From Octopus vulgaris (taxonomy: Eukaryota), in NCBI GenBank assembly GCA_951406725.2, contig OX597833.1, forward strand, positions 37,262,001 through 37,326,000: a stretch of 64,000 nt of DNA, read 5' to 3'. The translations under genes were made by a program, and so were the position numbers. The notes beneath the pieces were generated by a model that saw only the letters and a program-made list of their open reading frames with translations, did not search any database and was not told where the DNA came from. Below are positions 34,689-49,162 of the stretch, in pieces. Position 1 is the first letter of the stretch. The number at the start of each line of letters is the position of its first letter.

Positions 34689-35706
34689 TTGGGTCATCTG
34701 ATAAATAATGCAGTTTTTTTCAATTGCATGAGCTAAAAGTCGGAGAGAGACAGGATAAACTACCTGCATCAACTTGCTATAAAAGCAGGTAGTCATTTTA
34801 CCTTGCAAGTTTTGAAGAGTGCAGTTCAATTTTAACAGTTATTTTTTCAAAGCTATAATGGAAGTGACAAAGGAGCATATTTGGATTATTTTGCTTTATG
34901 AGTTCAATAACAGCAACAACGCAACAGTAAGTGTGAGGAATATTAATGCAGTATATGGGGATCAGACAATAAGCGTAAGCCAGTGTCAATGGTGGTTCTA
35001 GAAATTCCAAGCTGGAGACTACAGTCTAGAAGATGAGACTTATCCTGGAAGATCTGTAGAGCTCAATGGGGATGTGCTGCAAACCCTGGTGGAACAAAAT
35101 CCCATCATAACTTGAGCTAGCAGAGAAGCTTGGATTTGGTCATTCAACCATTCATCAACACCTGCATGCCATCTGAAAAGTCAGCAAATTGGGTCAGTGG
35201 GTTCCTCACAAACTTTCTGAGTCTAATTTCGTGCAGAGAGTGAATGTGTGCTGTGAGTAGCTTGAGTGGCTTAAGTCAGCACTAGAAGAAAAATTACCAT
35301 CTTTGGTTTCAAGATGAACGGTGTTCTTCCATCAGAATAATGCTCAGCCACATACAGTGTGGATGACATTCCAAAGGCTGGAGCAGTTTTAATGGGAAGC
35401 AATGCCCCACCCACTATATTCACCAGATATTGCCCCATCTGATTATCATTTATTCCACAATCTTCAAAATCATTTGGATTGAAAAAATATGAATTCTGTA
35501 GATGAGGTCAGAACAGTACTGGAGGAGTATTTTTCGTCATGGGCAAGTGAATTTTGGAAGAAGGGCCTTGCAAGTCTACCAGATAGATGGAAGAGCATTG
35601 TAGAAAATAAAGGAGAGTATATTTTAGATTAAAAAAGAACTTTGTGCATCTTAATTTTGAAAAATAAATGATGTATAAAAAAACCCACATTTATGGGATG
35701 ACCCAA
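34689..35706 (+). mobile_element. mariner (DD34D) element with both TIRs, TA target duplication and internal deletion
   Basis: TA|TTGGGTCATC ... GATGACCCAA|TA; MEVTKEHIWIILLYEF, WVPHKL, HQNNAQPH, YSPDIAPSDYHLF (34 residues between catalytic positions 2 and 3). The region holding the first Asp is missing. Confidence 0.95.
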
Positions 35707-38700
35707 TATTTAGAAGGCATTCAAATTATAGACAGACACTAGTTGAATCAAACATCAAAAAACAAGAAATTTCTACTTTCAGCATCGATCAAGTTGTTGT
35801 TTAATCCCAAGTCAACATTAATGTTTCTTATACTTACGTAAGATGGTATGGGCGTGATTTGAGAGATTTTTTGCCATTTCTAGCAGATCAAATGATTGTG
35901 TAGAAGCTTCTTTATTCTAGCTTACTATATTGGTGTTTAATAAAGAGTCTTCAAATTAGATAGAAACTTTTATCTTCAGCATAGTGTGGGTTCTATTAAA
36001 AACCATAGGGAAAATGTTCTACCATAGAGAAACCATTATCAGATAAACTTAGAACTATATATATAATACTCCCATAGAATTGTATTTTATGTAAATCCCT
36101 AACTTAACCTATAACAGTCATAACTAATGAATGACATTTCTGTTTTCAAACTGGTATTGCCTATATTTTGTCAGGTTTTTTTTCACCCTACTACTCCTGT
36201 TTGCCTTGCTTTTATAAATCTCTGAATATTTATATTACCCGTCTAAGATGTTAGATTACATTAACACTTACAATTTGAGTTATATGATAAACTTAGTTCT
36301 ATTTTTTAACAATAACTCTATTTCTTTTATCCTTCCTTCTACAATGGTCAACTTCTAGCCATTACTCATTCTCAGTATTTGCATAATATCTTCTAAACTG
36401 CTAATGAATATTTGTACACAATTGTAGATTTTCCCCTGATTTTACTTGTGTTGGTAAATTTGTACAAAACTATGAAAAAATTTACAATATCTGTAGCTAA
36501 TGCTAATGATGTTTATAGTAATTTCAATCATGCACTTTCTTTCATAAGTGAACTCATAAAATGTTGCAGCTCTTTTCTTTATAAAACTTATAAAATCAAA
36601 ATTCAATTAATTTTCTTTTTCAATTTTACTATGATTTAATTAAAATAAGATAAAAAGAAATTGATCAATTTAGCAGCTAATATTTAAGAAGAAATTACAC
36701 CTTGCCCTAACATAATAAACATAGTTTAATTGTAATATATTTTAAAATGTTAAGTCTGACATATCTGGATTTGGCTGTTGTTCACTCAAACAAAGAATTA
36801 TTCTGTTTACCAATAGAAAGCAGTTGGTTTCATTGTTCTATATGCTTTGTTATATCCTGGTTATAATTATTAATATATTTTATCTTCTGGTTTCTGAAGC
36901 TGTATATCTTTCCTCTGACAGAAACATGTTAGTGAATGAATAAAATTCTTCTGCAGTTTATACAGCTCATTAATTCATTTAAAAGTAATATTTTAAAGGT
37001 ATTTGATCCTATCCTACTCCTTTTTTGTTTTCATATGAGAGTGGGTGCAGTTGGGTTTCAGGTGGATTCAAGGACATGATCTCTATTAATGTAGAAGGAT
37101 TGACTGTAATGGATGTATCTGATAGTATAAATCCACCTGCAATAGATTTAAGATTTACTGACTGAACTGAGCTATGGCACTCATTAACAATCATCACTAT
37201 CTATGTATTATTTCTTCTCCTTCTACTAATATATATGGTTCTATCAGGTTTATATCAAGAATTCAAAGAAATATCCTTCCTTGAAATAAACATTTCAGTG
37301 TTTTAAATCCTAGTTTTCTTTTTATTTTATTTTTTTTTTACTCCACAATAATAGTTTAAATCATTGCACAGTCATTATATTAAACCATCTATCAAATACT
37401 AGTGATCCCTCTGTCTTCCATAACACTTACCCAAAATGGTTGTTAACACCCAAAGTATATATTTAATTTGTTCCATTTTACTTTGTATATATATTTAAAA
37501 AGTGGAGAAATTAACTGAATTACATGGACACTTTTAATTATATTAATTTAACACAAAATATAAGAGATAATAATTTCTGCTTTAATTATGCTAATAGGGA
37601 GAATGATTTTTTTTTTTTATTACAGTTACTAAAAATATTTCTACGAGTAATATTCTTTAGAATATAGTTTTAAATGGAAATAATTTTTATATTTGAAGAT
37701 AAGAAAATAAACATAATACATTAATACACATTTTTAATATTAATTAGTGATAATAATGATAGAATATCTATGCAGTATGAAGTATAGCCATATAATAATG
37801 ATGTATTAGAGATATCAAGTTGATTTTTATTATTACCTTTATGTATTTTGTGACAATTATTATTAAAGTGAACATTGAAATGTTCGTGTACATTGATCTA
37901 ATTTCATGTACTGATTCATTATAAATCTTCTCCTTCTTAGAGGTATTAATATGCAGTCATTGCTATTATTCACAACATCCATTTAACCATGCCAGGTGTG
38001 ATCTCATACCTTGAGGGTCCCAAGCCCCTAAATGGGAGGGAATGGATGCTCACTGGACATTCGGCATTATTGTATTCGTCCATATTCCCCGCACCTTCTG
38101 GTAACATTGATTTACTGATATTAACTGGCATATATTTCAGTTTAAATACGTTTCATGATGCTTCTTTATAGAAATCACTTAATGGCAATCTCAACAGATT
38201 CAGTTGGTGTCTGTATTCAGAAGCCTGTGTTTCTCTGAGCAGGTGACTCTCCTCAATGGTTTTGGATAAAGATCACACTATGTGAGAATTGATTTGCATT
38301 CTTCATTGGTTGTTGTTTTCTACCTTCAAATTGAACATTAAAAACTCAATTTCCTTCAGTTACTTCAAACATTCATTTAGTTTGATATATTTAAATTGTT
38401 CAGTTCAGATATCCTTTGGAGATAAAATAGATTAAAATTAACCATTTAGCAATGTCTTTTGTGTCCATAAAATACACTTTGTGAAAAAGAAAAGGATAAA
38501 AGTTCATTTATCTGTGCATGTAGGTTTGTATGTGTGTGTTGATGTGTTTGTATGCCTGTGTGTGTGTGTGTGCACTAATACATGGACATTGATTATACTG
38601 AATTCTTGTGGTCCTATATATAACAAACAAAAGTAAGATTTTCAGCTTGAAACTATTGAATATTAATTAGGCAGATCATATGATATACAAATTGTTAGAA

Positions 38701-39449
38701 ACCTGAAAAAATAAAAATTACACATTCTTTTATTCGCTTCTAAATATACTGAAAGAGATCTTAGAGGAAATAAAATATTTTAGAACTCAATTGTTTATTT
38801 AATCAGTTAATTACGTTCAGGAGAAAATGCATAAATATTAAAATGAAATCTCTTTTAAAGTTGCTTCCCCAATTTCTAAAATTTCTAAATTGCATCATTA
38901 AGAATAAGTCAAGAGTACATCATGAGAGTATAGAGAGGCTAACTGGAAGCTGGCCTTCAACAGTAAACAGCAGAAAGGTCAATCATTTTAGATTCTTCAT
39001 ATATAAGCAACAATTTCAGATAAAACAAATGTTAACTAAATAGTGGTGTTTACTGTATATTCTTTATGAGTGAGGCTTTGAAACCAAACCAATATACAAC
39101 AAATGCTACAGCCTCATTTACTTTTCTGTTAATAGCATAAGTTAATGCATAAAATGAAATGCATATATGTATTTAGCTTTGTCATTTTTAGTCTTTAAGT
39201 TCAAATCATAGTGGATCTTTTACCTTCATCCCACCAGATTTTAAAAAATAACTATTTGCATTTTATAATAAGCTCTATAATGAGCTTATGCATGTAGTCC
39301 TGCAATAAAGTGTTTATTCAAGCAAAGCTGTAGTTGCAAGAGGTCCTTTAACTCTACAAGCTTTATTCAACTGAATAACCAAGCTTTCCTCATCCAACTG
39401 GTAACATATTGAATGACACTGATTATGTGACCATCCTGCTTTTTATTTA

Positions 39450-41600
39450 TTTAATAATGTTTGCACTCTCTGGGCTGTATTTGATTGCTGGTATATCCAT
39501 ATTCATTCTTGTAGGCTTATACATAAACTATGCTGGCATTCCTGGCCAGATTTGCTCTCTTCAGACACTTGTTATCTTTATTGTTATTTCAGTTGATTCA
39601 TTCTGTGAATTTGATCCACAGTCAAGCTTTTAACAAGGATCCTATTATAAGAACCTCTTGCACTTGCTTACAGTACAACTTTGAGATCAAGTACAGTGCA
39701 CATGAATGATTTCAACCAATCTAGAGCTGTAACCCAAATCAGTCTTCCCTTCCTTCTAACAACAAAGTCAAATTAAAATTTGGATGGTATTTTCTTGGTT
39801 GTTGAACGTCTGTATCTGAACACCTGGGTTCCAATTAGCAGGTATTTTATGTTAGATTTTGCTCGTTTCTCATTACTCTCCACTTCATGTCTTTTGTCTG
39901 TTACAGGAATTTCATAATGTGGAAATTTTCCAGGTAAGAGTTGATTTAAAAATAGGATAGATGGTGCTATCTTAGTTCATGAATGAAAGGTGTTCCTGTA
40001 GAACAATAAACATTTCCAAATTTCTCTCTTTTGCCATTTGCTTTCTAGAATGATGACTTGATTACTTCGCTTATATTGAATCTTTTTACCAAAACATTTG
40101 AGAATGGTCAAGTATCAGTGTTTTACTCACTATCATTCTAAACACTTTAAATTCACAGCTTATAAACTGTGGACAAATTCTAGACAGTTTCAAAACAACT
40201 GTCTCCAGCTCTTGCATTGCTTCAGCAATTAGTAAAAGTCATTCCTTGCTGAGAAGTAGACCTTTGAAATCTACATGTATGTTCCTCATTTAGCAGTGAA
40301 GATTTATTATCAAACAATTTCTCATTTTTGACTTTTGGTCTTTGTTAATTTTGGGACAACAGACAAATTGCTGTATAATTTCTAGCAGCTGAATTTTACT
40401 GTCTCCTTTCTCCATGATTTTTTCTATTGTTTGAATAGTTGCGACTTTCTTTCAATATTTTAATAAATTAGATAAGGTAATGGCTACAAATTTGATATTG
40501 TTTACAATAATCATATTTATCAACATACTCTGTTGTTTCTGTTAGCTGAAGGGACAGTACAGCTGCTGTATTATGAATATCTTTTGTGTACTTTCATAGG
40601 ACACCCATACTACAGCAAGGTTTTTATTTTCAAATAGACTATACCACTGTTTGATTTTTGGAAGTGCTTTGATTACATAGGAAATAACATGAAATTTACC
40701 TTTGATGTTATGTTGAACCAATATAGCATCCAACCCAACCTGAGTGTCATCAATATAGAATCTTTCTGTTTGATATAAAATATTGTATGAGATGGAAATT
40801 TTATTCTCGTTTACCACCCAATTGAAATTTCTTTCCTTCCATTTTGTCAGTTTCCATATATTTTTTAATAATTAAGTATGAAATAACAAAGAAATAATGA
40901 GTAATCAAAAAGAAGTCATTATGTTTGAATTGTTAAATCTCATGGAACATAACCTTATGCTCCATCAGTTTAACTTCCGGCTTGAAAACAATGTCAAAAT
41001 ATCCTATTTGTCTCATGGTAGAGATATATTTCCTATGATTTAATGCAAGGCCACTTTTGCACAGTATTATTAAGCACCAATTTAATGTCATATGATTATC
41101 TCTTTTGACCTGCAATGAGCTTAGAATATTATTTGCAATATTACATTCAGTTCAGATTTGAAAAGACTACTAATTTCCCCAAATTCTTCAAATACTGAGA
41201 AAATCCGAAGAACTACATGCTTGTACTGATTTAATCCACTAGAAGGAGCAAATATTATTATTTTGCATCACTAGATCTAATTTTACTTGGTGTTCGCACA
41301 TTATCAAGATTCATCTTTGAAAAGAAACGTAATCCTTTCAAAATTTCCAGCACCTCATCAGCAATAGATATTAAATATTGTTTCCTTTGGATATTTGCAT
41401 TTACTCTACATAGCTCTACACATAAATGAACACAGCCATCTTTAACTGCAACTTATGGTGAAATCCACATCAACTTCCCCTAGGATGTCCAATTTTAACA
41501 AACATTCAATTTTTCCCTACCTATTTCATTCATGAGATGGAATTTGTTTCATAGATTGTATTACAGATCATGGGTTGATGTTAAGACAATATTGACTTAG
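39450..41600 (-). mobile_element. Highly decayed Ty3/Gypsy pol remnant
   Basis: RNase H-like DDTQVGLDAILVQ...VISYVIKALPKIKQWYSLFENKNLAVVW (40542-40817); integrase-like YRNTFHS*TKIAPSILF near 39950-40003; RT-like traces at 41200-41580. Order RT-RH-IN. Confidence 0.7.
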
Positions 41601-42448
41601 TTTATTTTAATTAAGCTAACTGAAAAAAATCTCTCTCAGTATCCAACAACTGCCATAGATTTAGAAGCAAATATCTCTGAATTTAGTGAATTGAACCAAC
41701 TTAAAGCGTAACACAAAGGATCTAGTAAAATGTTCTAGAATTAATAATAAACAAGGCCATTATTCCATCAACTTTCATTTATTATTGTTTTAGTAGCAAT
41801 AATTTAATATATACTGTGTTTCACCACCACCACCTACCCACTGTAAAAGTGGCTGAGGGAATCAATGCAGCATAAGTTGAAAGGGCTTTGTATTCAAACA
41901 ACGCAAGCTGATGCATTTTCATGACTGGAGATGGATAACAGAAATGGTTTACAAGTAAATAAGGGGCCAGAACTTGAGTTGATCAATGACTGTAGATGGA
42001 TGTGCATTATAGAGATATATCATTGTTTAAAACAGGTATAATTCTCTGTGTGTGTGTGTGTGTGCTTACACATGCATGTTTGATATATTCAGGCACAAAC
42101 ATATCTATATACAGTACACATAAATGCTCGTGTGCATATTTACTACTTATGGTGTTAAAAGTGTGTGCCAGTTGAAGATCAGTTTTAGCACAAGCAAATG
42201 ACACCATTGGAATAAGTGGTAGTAGGCTCTATATTACAGGACCATACATGCATTTATATATGGGTGTGTAGGTCTAAAATGTACTATACTTCTCTCACAC
42301 ACATGATCAGGTACATAGGGTAAGTCATGTTACTACATTTGTCTACATGAATATCAGCAGTGTAAACAAATATATGTTGATGACATCAGATTTGAAAACA
42401 AAAGCAACTGTTGAAGCAGAATTCAACCCTGCTACAAAACAAACATAC

Positions 42449-42621
42449 CTGTAATGACACACACTGTACATGTGTGAAGCATATGTACAGTTCTACGACT
42501 CACTGACTGTAATCCTAATCTCTATTGTTACGATATCTACGGTTTGGGGATGTTGCTAGATTCACTCAGTAATGATTCGGGTCATTTCATCTAAGTGAAT
42601 TTTTTTCTCTGAAGAAATATC
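42449..42621 (-). other. Candidate exon (173 nt; stops in all three frames)
   Basis: Acceptor atatttttgtacag|GAT and donor CAG|gtatgt in non-repetitive sequence. Confidence 0.35.
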
Positions 42622-44272
42622 CTGTACAAAAATATTGAAGTACTTTTCTCAGATCTCGATAACATTTTCCATTTTGTGAAATTTTATGCTATTTTCATGA
42701 AAAAATTGTATCTAAGAAGTAATTGTGACTTTAAGAGGCTTCATCAATTGAATTCATATGAATGGTGATAGCGTTAACATTGTGTTTATCTGCTTCATTA
42801 ATTTAGCCTGCTTTTCTACTCTATCTCTGAAATGTCTGCACACTGTGAATATATATATGCAAAGGTCATCAGAATTTTGGGGATTTTTCTGTTCATTAAC
42901 ATATCTGTTTTGGTTCACATCCTTAAAGACTATTACATAACTGTGAGTTTTATTACTTGTTGATGTGTAGGTTATTTTGAACTGATTCTCAACCATCTTA
43001 ATGTTTTTATCCACTGATAAAACCCCTATTTCATCATCATCAATTATAGTTTGTGAGCAGAATATTCACCTTTTCTTTTCTACGCATTATCATGAAGATC
43101 AGTATTGTCTCACTCTTATAAGAACAGGGAAATAGGTTGTTGTTGGCATTGGTTAACTTTCACTTTTGTATATATTTCAATACATCTCTCTCTCTCTCTC
43201 TCTCTCCATTGTCATTTGTAATAGAAGAAAATTTAGAACATTAGGTTTCAACTTTGTAGTACACACCATTATCACAGATGTTAATTTTGTGTGGAAATTT
43301 TGAATTTCCTCATATATAATTCTAAAATAGTTTCAATAACAAAATGTGACTTTTTAAAAAGCAGTACAAGAATATAAATGTACTCCTTTTTGCACATATT
43401 CTCCGTTATTTTGAACGATTTACTTTTAAATATTATGTAAACTGCTCAAAGTATATGCATTCCTTTCCTTTAAATAATTTTAAATGGAATTCTTTTTCCT
43501 TTTTTTCTTCTTTTTCTTACACTGAGTAATTTTTAGCTTCTGGGGTATTATTCTAAAAATAACACCATTTACGTATTGCAAAACTTTCACAGATATTCCC
43601 AAAATTAGAATTTTGAGAAGTAACATTTACTAATGTCAGCATTATAACAAAAGTAATTCATTTTGAGTGTTATAGACTTTACACATTTTAATTATATAAG
43701 CTTTATATTTTTATATTTCATATTTTTCTCATAGTTCTTAGTTTTAAATTGTGTTTCTTGATAACATAAATTTTAAAAAAAACAGCTACTTTTCTGATTC
43801 CACAAAGGCTAGCTACATCACAAATCAACATTTTGAAATATAAATTATTTTTTTCCCTTTTTTTTTTTTTTGATAAATATTAGGGAACATACTATGTGTG
43901 TGTGTGTGTGTGTGTGTATAACATTTTTACTTTCTTTGATGAGCTGATATATTTTCTCTCTAAAGTTAGAAATGGCACATTTCAACCTAGTGTTTTAAAT
44001 TAGCAGGAAATCAAGAATTGATGTGCATAGCAAGTTCTAAGTACAGTAGCTTGATGATTTAAGTGTACCAACAATAATATTTGAAGTATCAACATTTAGT
44101 GACTTCAAAAATTCTATTGGAAACTACTTGAAAGTCACCCAAATAAACAGATAAATCAATAAATTTCTCAAACCTACCTCTTCCAAGGGAGATTAAGATT
44201 AGCAGCATATATGCAGTGTTGAGCACAGTCAGCAATAAGACAACCAAACAGCACCAGTGATTAAAAAAAAAT

Positions 44273-44490
44273 AATCCTTTCTATTATAGGCACAAGGCCT
44301 GAAAATGGGGGAAGGGTATAGTCAATTACATCAACCCCAGTACTCAACTGGTGCTTATTTATCAACCTTTGAAAGGATGAAAGACAAAGTTGACCTCGGA
44401 GGAATTTGCACTCAAAATTTAAGGACAGATGAAATACTGCTAAGCATTTTCCCTGGTGTGCTAATGATTCTGTCTGCTTATTGCCTTAAC
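44273..44490 (-). mobile_element. SINE family B
   Basis: aatcctttctattataggcacaaggcctgaaa...gaaaggatgaaagacaaagttgacc...gctaatgattctg. Confidence 0.85.
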
Positions 44491-45243
44491 ATCCCTGTTA
44501 ATATAACAAGATGTATATGTTCACTAGTCACAGACACAAAGATATTAAAAAGATGACCATTCACAAGTCTTACAGAGAAACCCTCACTATGAGGGTGAAG
44601 ACAAAAATAAATACACAAATTTCCCATTTGTAGCCACCTATAATTGTAGAAACCATTATATTTTGTATATGGTCAAACGACCATTCCAATTGTACACCAA
44701 TCATCAAATCTCAGAAGAATGAATTACAAATTACCAACAGCTGAAGGCAACCATCAAATTCTGAAAGACTCTTAACAAAGGCAAAATTCACAACAGTAGA
44801 AGAAATAATGCAAGTAATGAAATCTGGAGACAATTGTTGTGAAACATGCAAAGCAAGAACGGGTAGGAATTGAAGGTTAATGCAAATATAAATTGCAAAA
44901 CAAAAAATTATTTCATTTACTGCATCACACACCCACAAATGGGATCAAAAGTTATACATCTATTTACACCACTTGTGCAATTTGAAAATTCAAAACATAA
45001 ACTTTTTTCAAAATGAAGGATGAAATGATCAGCTACAAAACACAAGAGAAGAATACTTTGTAAGAATTTAAAATCTGAAACTAAACCAGAAGTAGACAAC
45101 ACTGCTATTAAAAACAACTTTCTCTATGCTGATTACCTTATAATGTGTGTTTTTGAAAAGCTGTAAACAGCAAAAGTGATTACACAGCACAAAAACTTGT
45201 TTCTAAAAGATGTGTGTTATTCTGTTTATTTTAAGGTATTGTA

Positions 45244-45400
45244 TCATCATCAGTTAATGTCCATTTTCCATGCTGGCATGGACTGGGTAGTTTGACAGGG
45301 TTTGGCAAGCAGCAGGGTTGCGTTGAGCTCCAGTGTCAACTTTGGTTTCTGCAGCTAGAGGTCCTTTCTAATAACCAATCACTTTGCAGTGTGTACTGTT
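45244..45400 (-). mobile_element. RTE family B-type 3' UTR remnant
   Basis: tcatcatcagttaatgtccattttccatgctggcatgg. Confidence 0.65.
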
Positions 45401-45637
45401 GTTTTGTGTGTGTGTGTGTTTCACCTACACAAGTGGGATTGCCAAGTAACTTGCAAGAGAGTAGAAGAACAGGAAAAAGACCCTTTGACTAAGTCGGGAG
45501 AAGTGGTTGGTGGCTTTATGCCAGGTATTGAGAGCATAAAGTATGATAGGTGAAGAAACACAGGTGACTTACTATAGAGAAAGAAGGTGCATGACTATTG
45601 TGACTGAATCAAGAATTCTTTCTAATATATGTATGTG

Positions 45638-45679
<42 letters not shown>

Positions 45680-45699
45680 TATATCACTGTATTGACAAG

Positions 45700-46456
45700 A
45701 CCATTGGAAGTTGTTGTAAACTGTTGGTCACAATGCACTTCGCATTGTTTTGACTTTCCGGTGATGACTTCAGAATCTCTTGCAACTCTTCTGGACGGTC
45801 TCCCTGTTTAAGTTGGTGAACGCTACCAAAATCCTTAACTTCAGTTCATCTTTGGTGTTACGAGGACTTTTGTTGATCTCATGTTCAACTGCACCCCACA
45901 CATAATAATCAAGTGGGTTGCAGTGTGGGGTGTTAGGTGGCCAGATGTTAGGGGTTATGCTGTCAAAGAAATTGTTTGACAACCATGACTGGGTTCTCCT
46001 GCTTCTGTGAAATGGTGTAGTCTTGTTGCCTGCCATAGGGTCTTCCAGCAGCCACCCTCTTGACCCAGGGCTGCACTTCCTCCTCCAGGCACTTGATGTA
46101 GGTCTCTGTATTGAGTCTGAGGCTGTGTGGGAAGATGAATGGAGGCATAATGTCACCATCACTAGTGATCACTCCAAAACACCATGATGTTGACTGGATA
46201 TTTGATTTTTATCACTCTAAGTACATGTTCTCAGATTGACACCCAAAAACTCTGAAATGTTTGTACTGGAGCCTCTGGTGCAAATGCCAAGCAGTATAGC
46301 ATGTCATTTCCAAATTTCTAGCAGAGTAAATTGCGTCATGGTCCAGTTTTTTCTCACAGACAGTGCCCAACTGACCCTACGATACTGTGTAGCCGACAAA
46401 AACACAGTGTGCATGCATGAAATTAAAAATATAAAATGGCGACTCGTTGCTCCCTG
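45700..46456 (-). mobile_element. Internally deleted Tc1/mariner-superfamily element, maT (DD37D)-like
   Basis: MVFGVITSDGDIMPPFIF, PWVKRVAAGRPY..QQD, WPPNTPHCNPLDYYVWG; 5' end TA|CAGGGAGCAACGAG. Confidence 0.85.
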
Positions 46457-47989
46457 TATATATTTGTGTATGTATTCTTTCTCTCTCTCTCACACGTGTG
46501 TGTGTGTGTGTGTGTATGTATGTATATATATATATATATATATATAGTTAATCCAAACAAGAAAGCACAAAAAAACACAACAACGCGAGGACATGGAACA
46601 AATATAGTATTATTGAACGCTCAGGAGCTCTTTGTCGGAAACATAGGAGAAGGGAAGACAGAGGAAAAAAAATCGCCAACGGTACACACACGGTCACATT
46701 TTATATACATATGTATATGATGCTGTCAACTTGTAAATGAATATGGCCATCACTGACAAAGCAATGCCAGTGCAAAACTTTTTAGATCCAATAGATCATA
46801 AGGCCCTCTCCACCCTGTTGACATGATCCAGAGACAAACCAAGACAGGATATCTAGTATCAGTATGGGTTGCAGATCAGGCCTGTGCCATGATCTCAAGC
46901 ACAGGCAAAAGATTTCCAAAATGTCCAATATTCCCTGCATATCTGGTTTTACATCAGAATGACCTCCTAGAGACATGCTTTAACAAAACTTGAGGAGTAC
47001 CTCACACCCAGTGCTCTTCCTGCACACTGGCTGCCTATATGAAATTTCTGAGTGGCCATACTATTGGGTTTACATGTCACCTTGACTGGTCATATTCTTT
47101 GTCTTAATGGGTTTCTAGTAACTCTACTCACCATACTTTCCTAGTGGGAGTTCTGGTTTAGTTGCCAATGACTCTGCCATGCAACAGGTTGCATTGGAGT
47201 CCAAGTTACCTGACACTAACCTATATATACTATATAATTGAGAATATATGTAGTTATGTATGTGTGTTTAGCCCCAAAAGGCTCTGAAACAGTGCATCCT
47301 TAATTAAAGGTTGTCCATAAATAATATCAAAAAAGTATAATTTGCCACAAGAAATAACTCGAATTTTGAATAACAAATCTACTCTCTGCCTGTGAACTCT
47401 ACTCTCTCACTTACACCTTCCTCTCCGTTTAACTCACTCTTTATCACTCTCTCTTTGTGTATTTAATATCTCTCAAGGATGCTATCCCTCCCTCTCTCTC
47501 TTCATATGATGGAATTGCTTTCATTTTTTGATACATTTTGTATCATGCACAAAATTTTGTTTCCTGATTGGGTAAAAAGGATCAAACTTTAAACTTCCGT
47601 AACATTTTTCTATTAATTTTCTGGAATAAATGGATCACAGAATCAGATTCAACAGGGAAAAAGTACATCAATATTCCAAATTTGGAAATTTCCACTTCAT
47701 ATTAGAATTTCAAAATCTTCGACAGCAATAGAAAAGACCTGTATTTGTCTATCACTATCATTCTTCACTTTTCTCATTGTAAACTTCTCCCCTCTCTAAA
47801 TATATTTCCCACTCTTTCTCTCTCTCTCTCTCTCTCTTATATAAATATCAGTTACATTGAGTGTGTGTATGCATGTGTAAAACATTTCATAAGGGCAACA
47901 GAGTGATTTAAAAAGGTATGTAAAAGATAATTTATTTTAATAGCATGCTTTTCTGTTAGTAAATGTGTTTCTTACACACACACACTTTA

Positions 47990-48140
47990 GTCTTTGCTAA
48001 GTTGATCTTAAGACCTTCGATTCCAGGTTTTACTTCCGCACTTGGAATTTCTTTTCTAGCTCAGGTATAGAACCTGCTATGAGAGCAAGATCATCAGCAT
48101 ATAGTAGTTCCCAGGGGCAGCCAGTCTTGAATCCCTCTGT
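47990..48140 (-). mobile_element. RTE family B RT core fragment
   Basis: [34 protein letters not shown]. Confidence 0.88.
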
Positions 48141-48228
48141 TATGTTATATATATATATGTGTGTATGTATATATATGTGTGTATATATATATATAATGTG
48201 TGTGTATATATATATGTGTGTGTGTATA

Positions 48229-48268
<40 letters not shown>

Positions 48269-48520
48269 ATTTGTGTATATATATATATATATATGATGTG
48301 TGTGTATATATATATATATATGATGTGTGTGTATATATATATATATATATGATGTGTGTGTATATATATATATGATGTGTGTGTATATATATATATATAT
48401 GATATGATGTGTGTATATATATGTATATATGTATGTGTATATATGTATATATATATGTGTGTGTATATATGTATATATATATGTGTGTGTATATATATAT
48501 ATATATATGATGATGATGAG
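48141..48520. repeat. (TA)n/(TG)n compound microsatellite
   Basis: Seen directly. Confidence 0.95.
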
Positions 48521-48894
48521 GAGATTGCTTCCTACTATCAAATCCACTGTTTTTCTATATCAGTAATGGCATGTTTTAGCATGCAGTGCTAGTGGAAACT
48601 TGCTACTGATGTTGCTCAAAAAAGCAGAAATACATATTTAGCAATTCCTCCACTGTGGCTAGATGCTTTTCTTCTGCTACTGATACATTTCTGTATTTTT
48701 AACACTATACCTCTATATGAGCTGATTTCTCGAGATGAATACCACAGTTACCAGGCTTTTGACAGTATATTCATATTAAGTATGATATACAGAATGCTAT
48801 TATATATCTGTGTGTGTGTGTGTGTGTTTATCAGGCTCGGAAAATTTGAAAGGAAGGTGGTGATAGGGAGCATTATCAAATGGCTAGAAAAACA

Positions 48895-49145
48895 GCTAGG
48901 TGTCAGATATACTTGATTAAAAGTGGGGCAAAAAGGAAGAGATTTGTGAATGTCCTGCAATGTGAAGATTGTAGGCATAGAGTGTTCAGGATTGTGAGAC
49001 ATGAGAGAGAACCGAGATGTCGTTGGTTAGAAGTGTCTGTAGGATGATTAAGGCATACTTGCCACCAACATGGAAGACAAAGTGGTGTAGAAATGCTATT
49101 ATGAGGGGTTGCTGAATGTGGAGAATGTATGAAATAAAAAGAGAC
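48895..49145 (+). mobile_element. RTE family B linker fragment
   Basis: RFVNVLQCED..VFRIVR and YYEGLLNVEN match 22740-22975 (minus) and 51520-51745. Confidence 0.7.
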
Positions 49146-49162
49146 TATTTCATACTGACTCA

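Noticed and set aside
44700-45120. A-rich stretch resembling a decayed LINE ORF
   Set aside because: No recognisable motif; stops in all frames.
46545-46700. CpG-containing short repeat, possibly a Penelope terminal remnant
   Set aside because: Appears deleted in the middle; no complete motif can be shown from this window.
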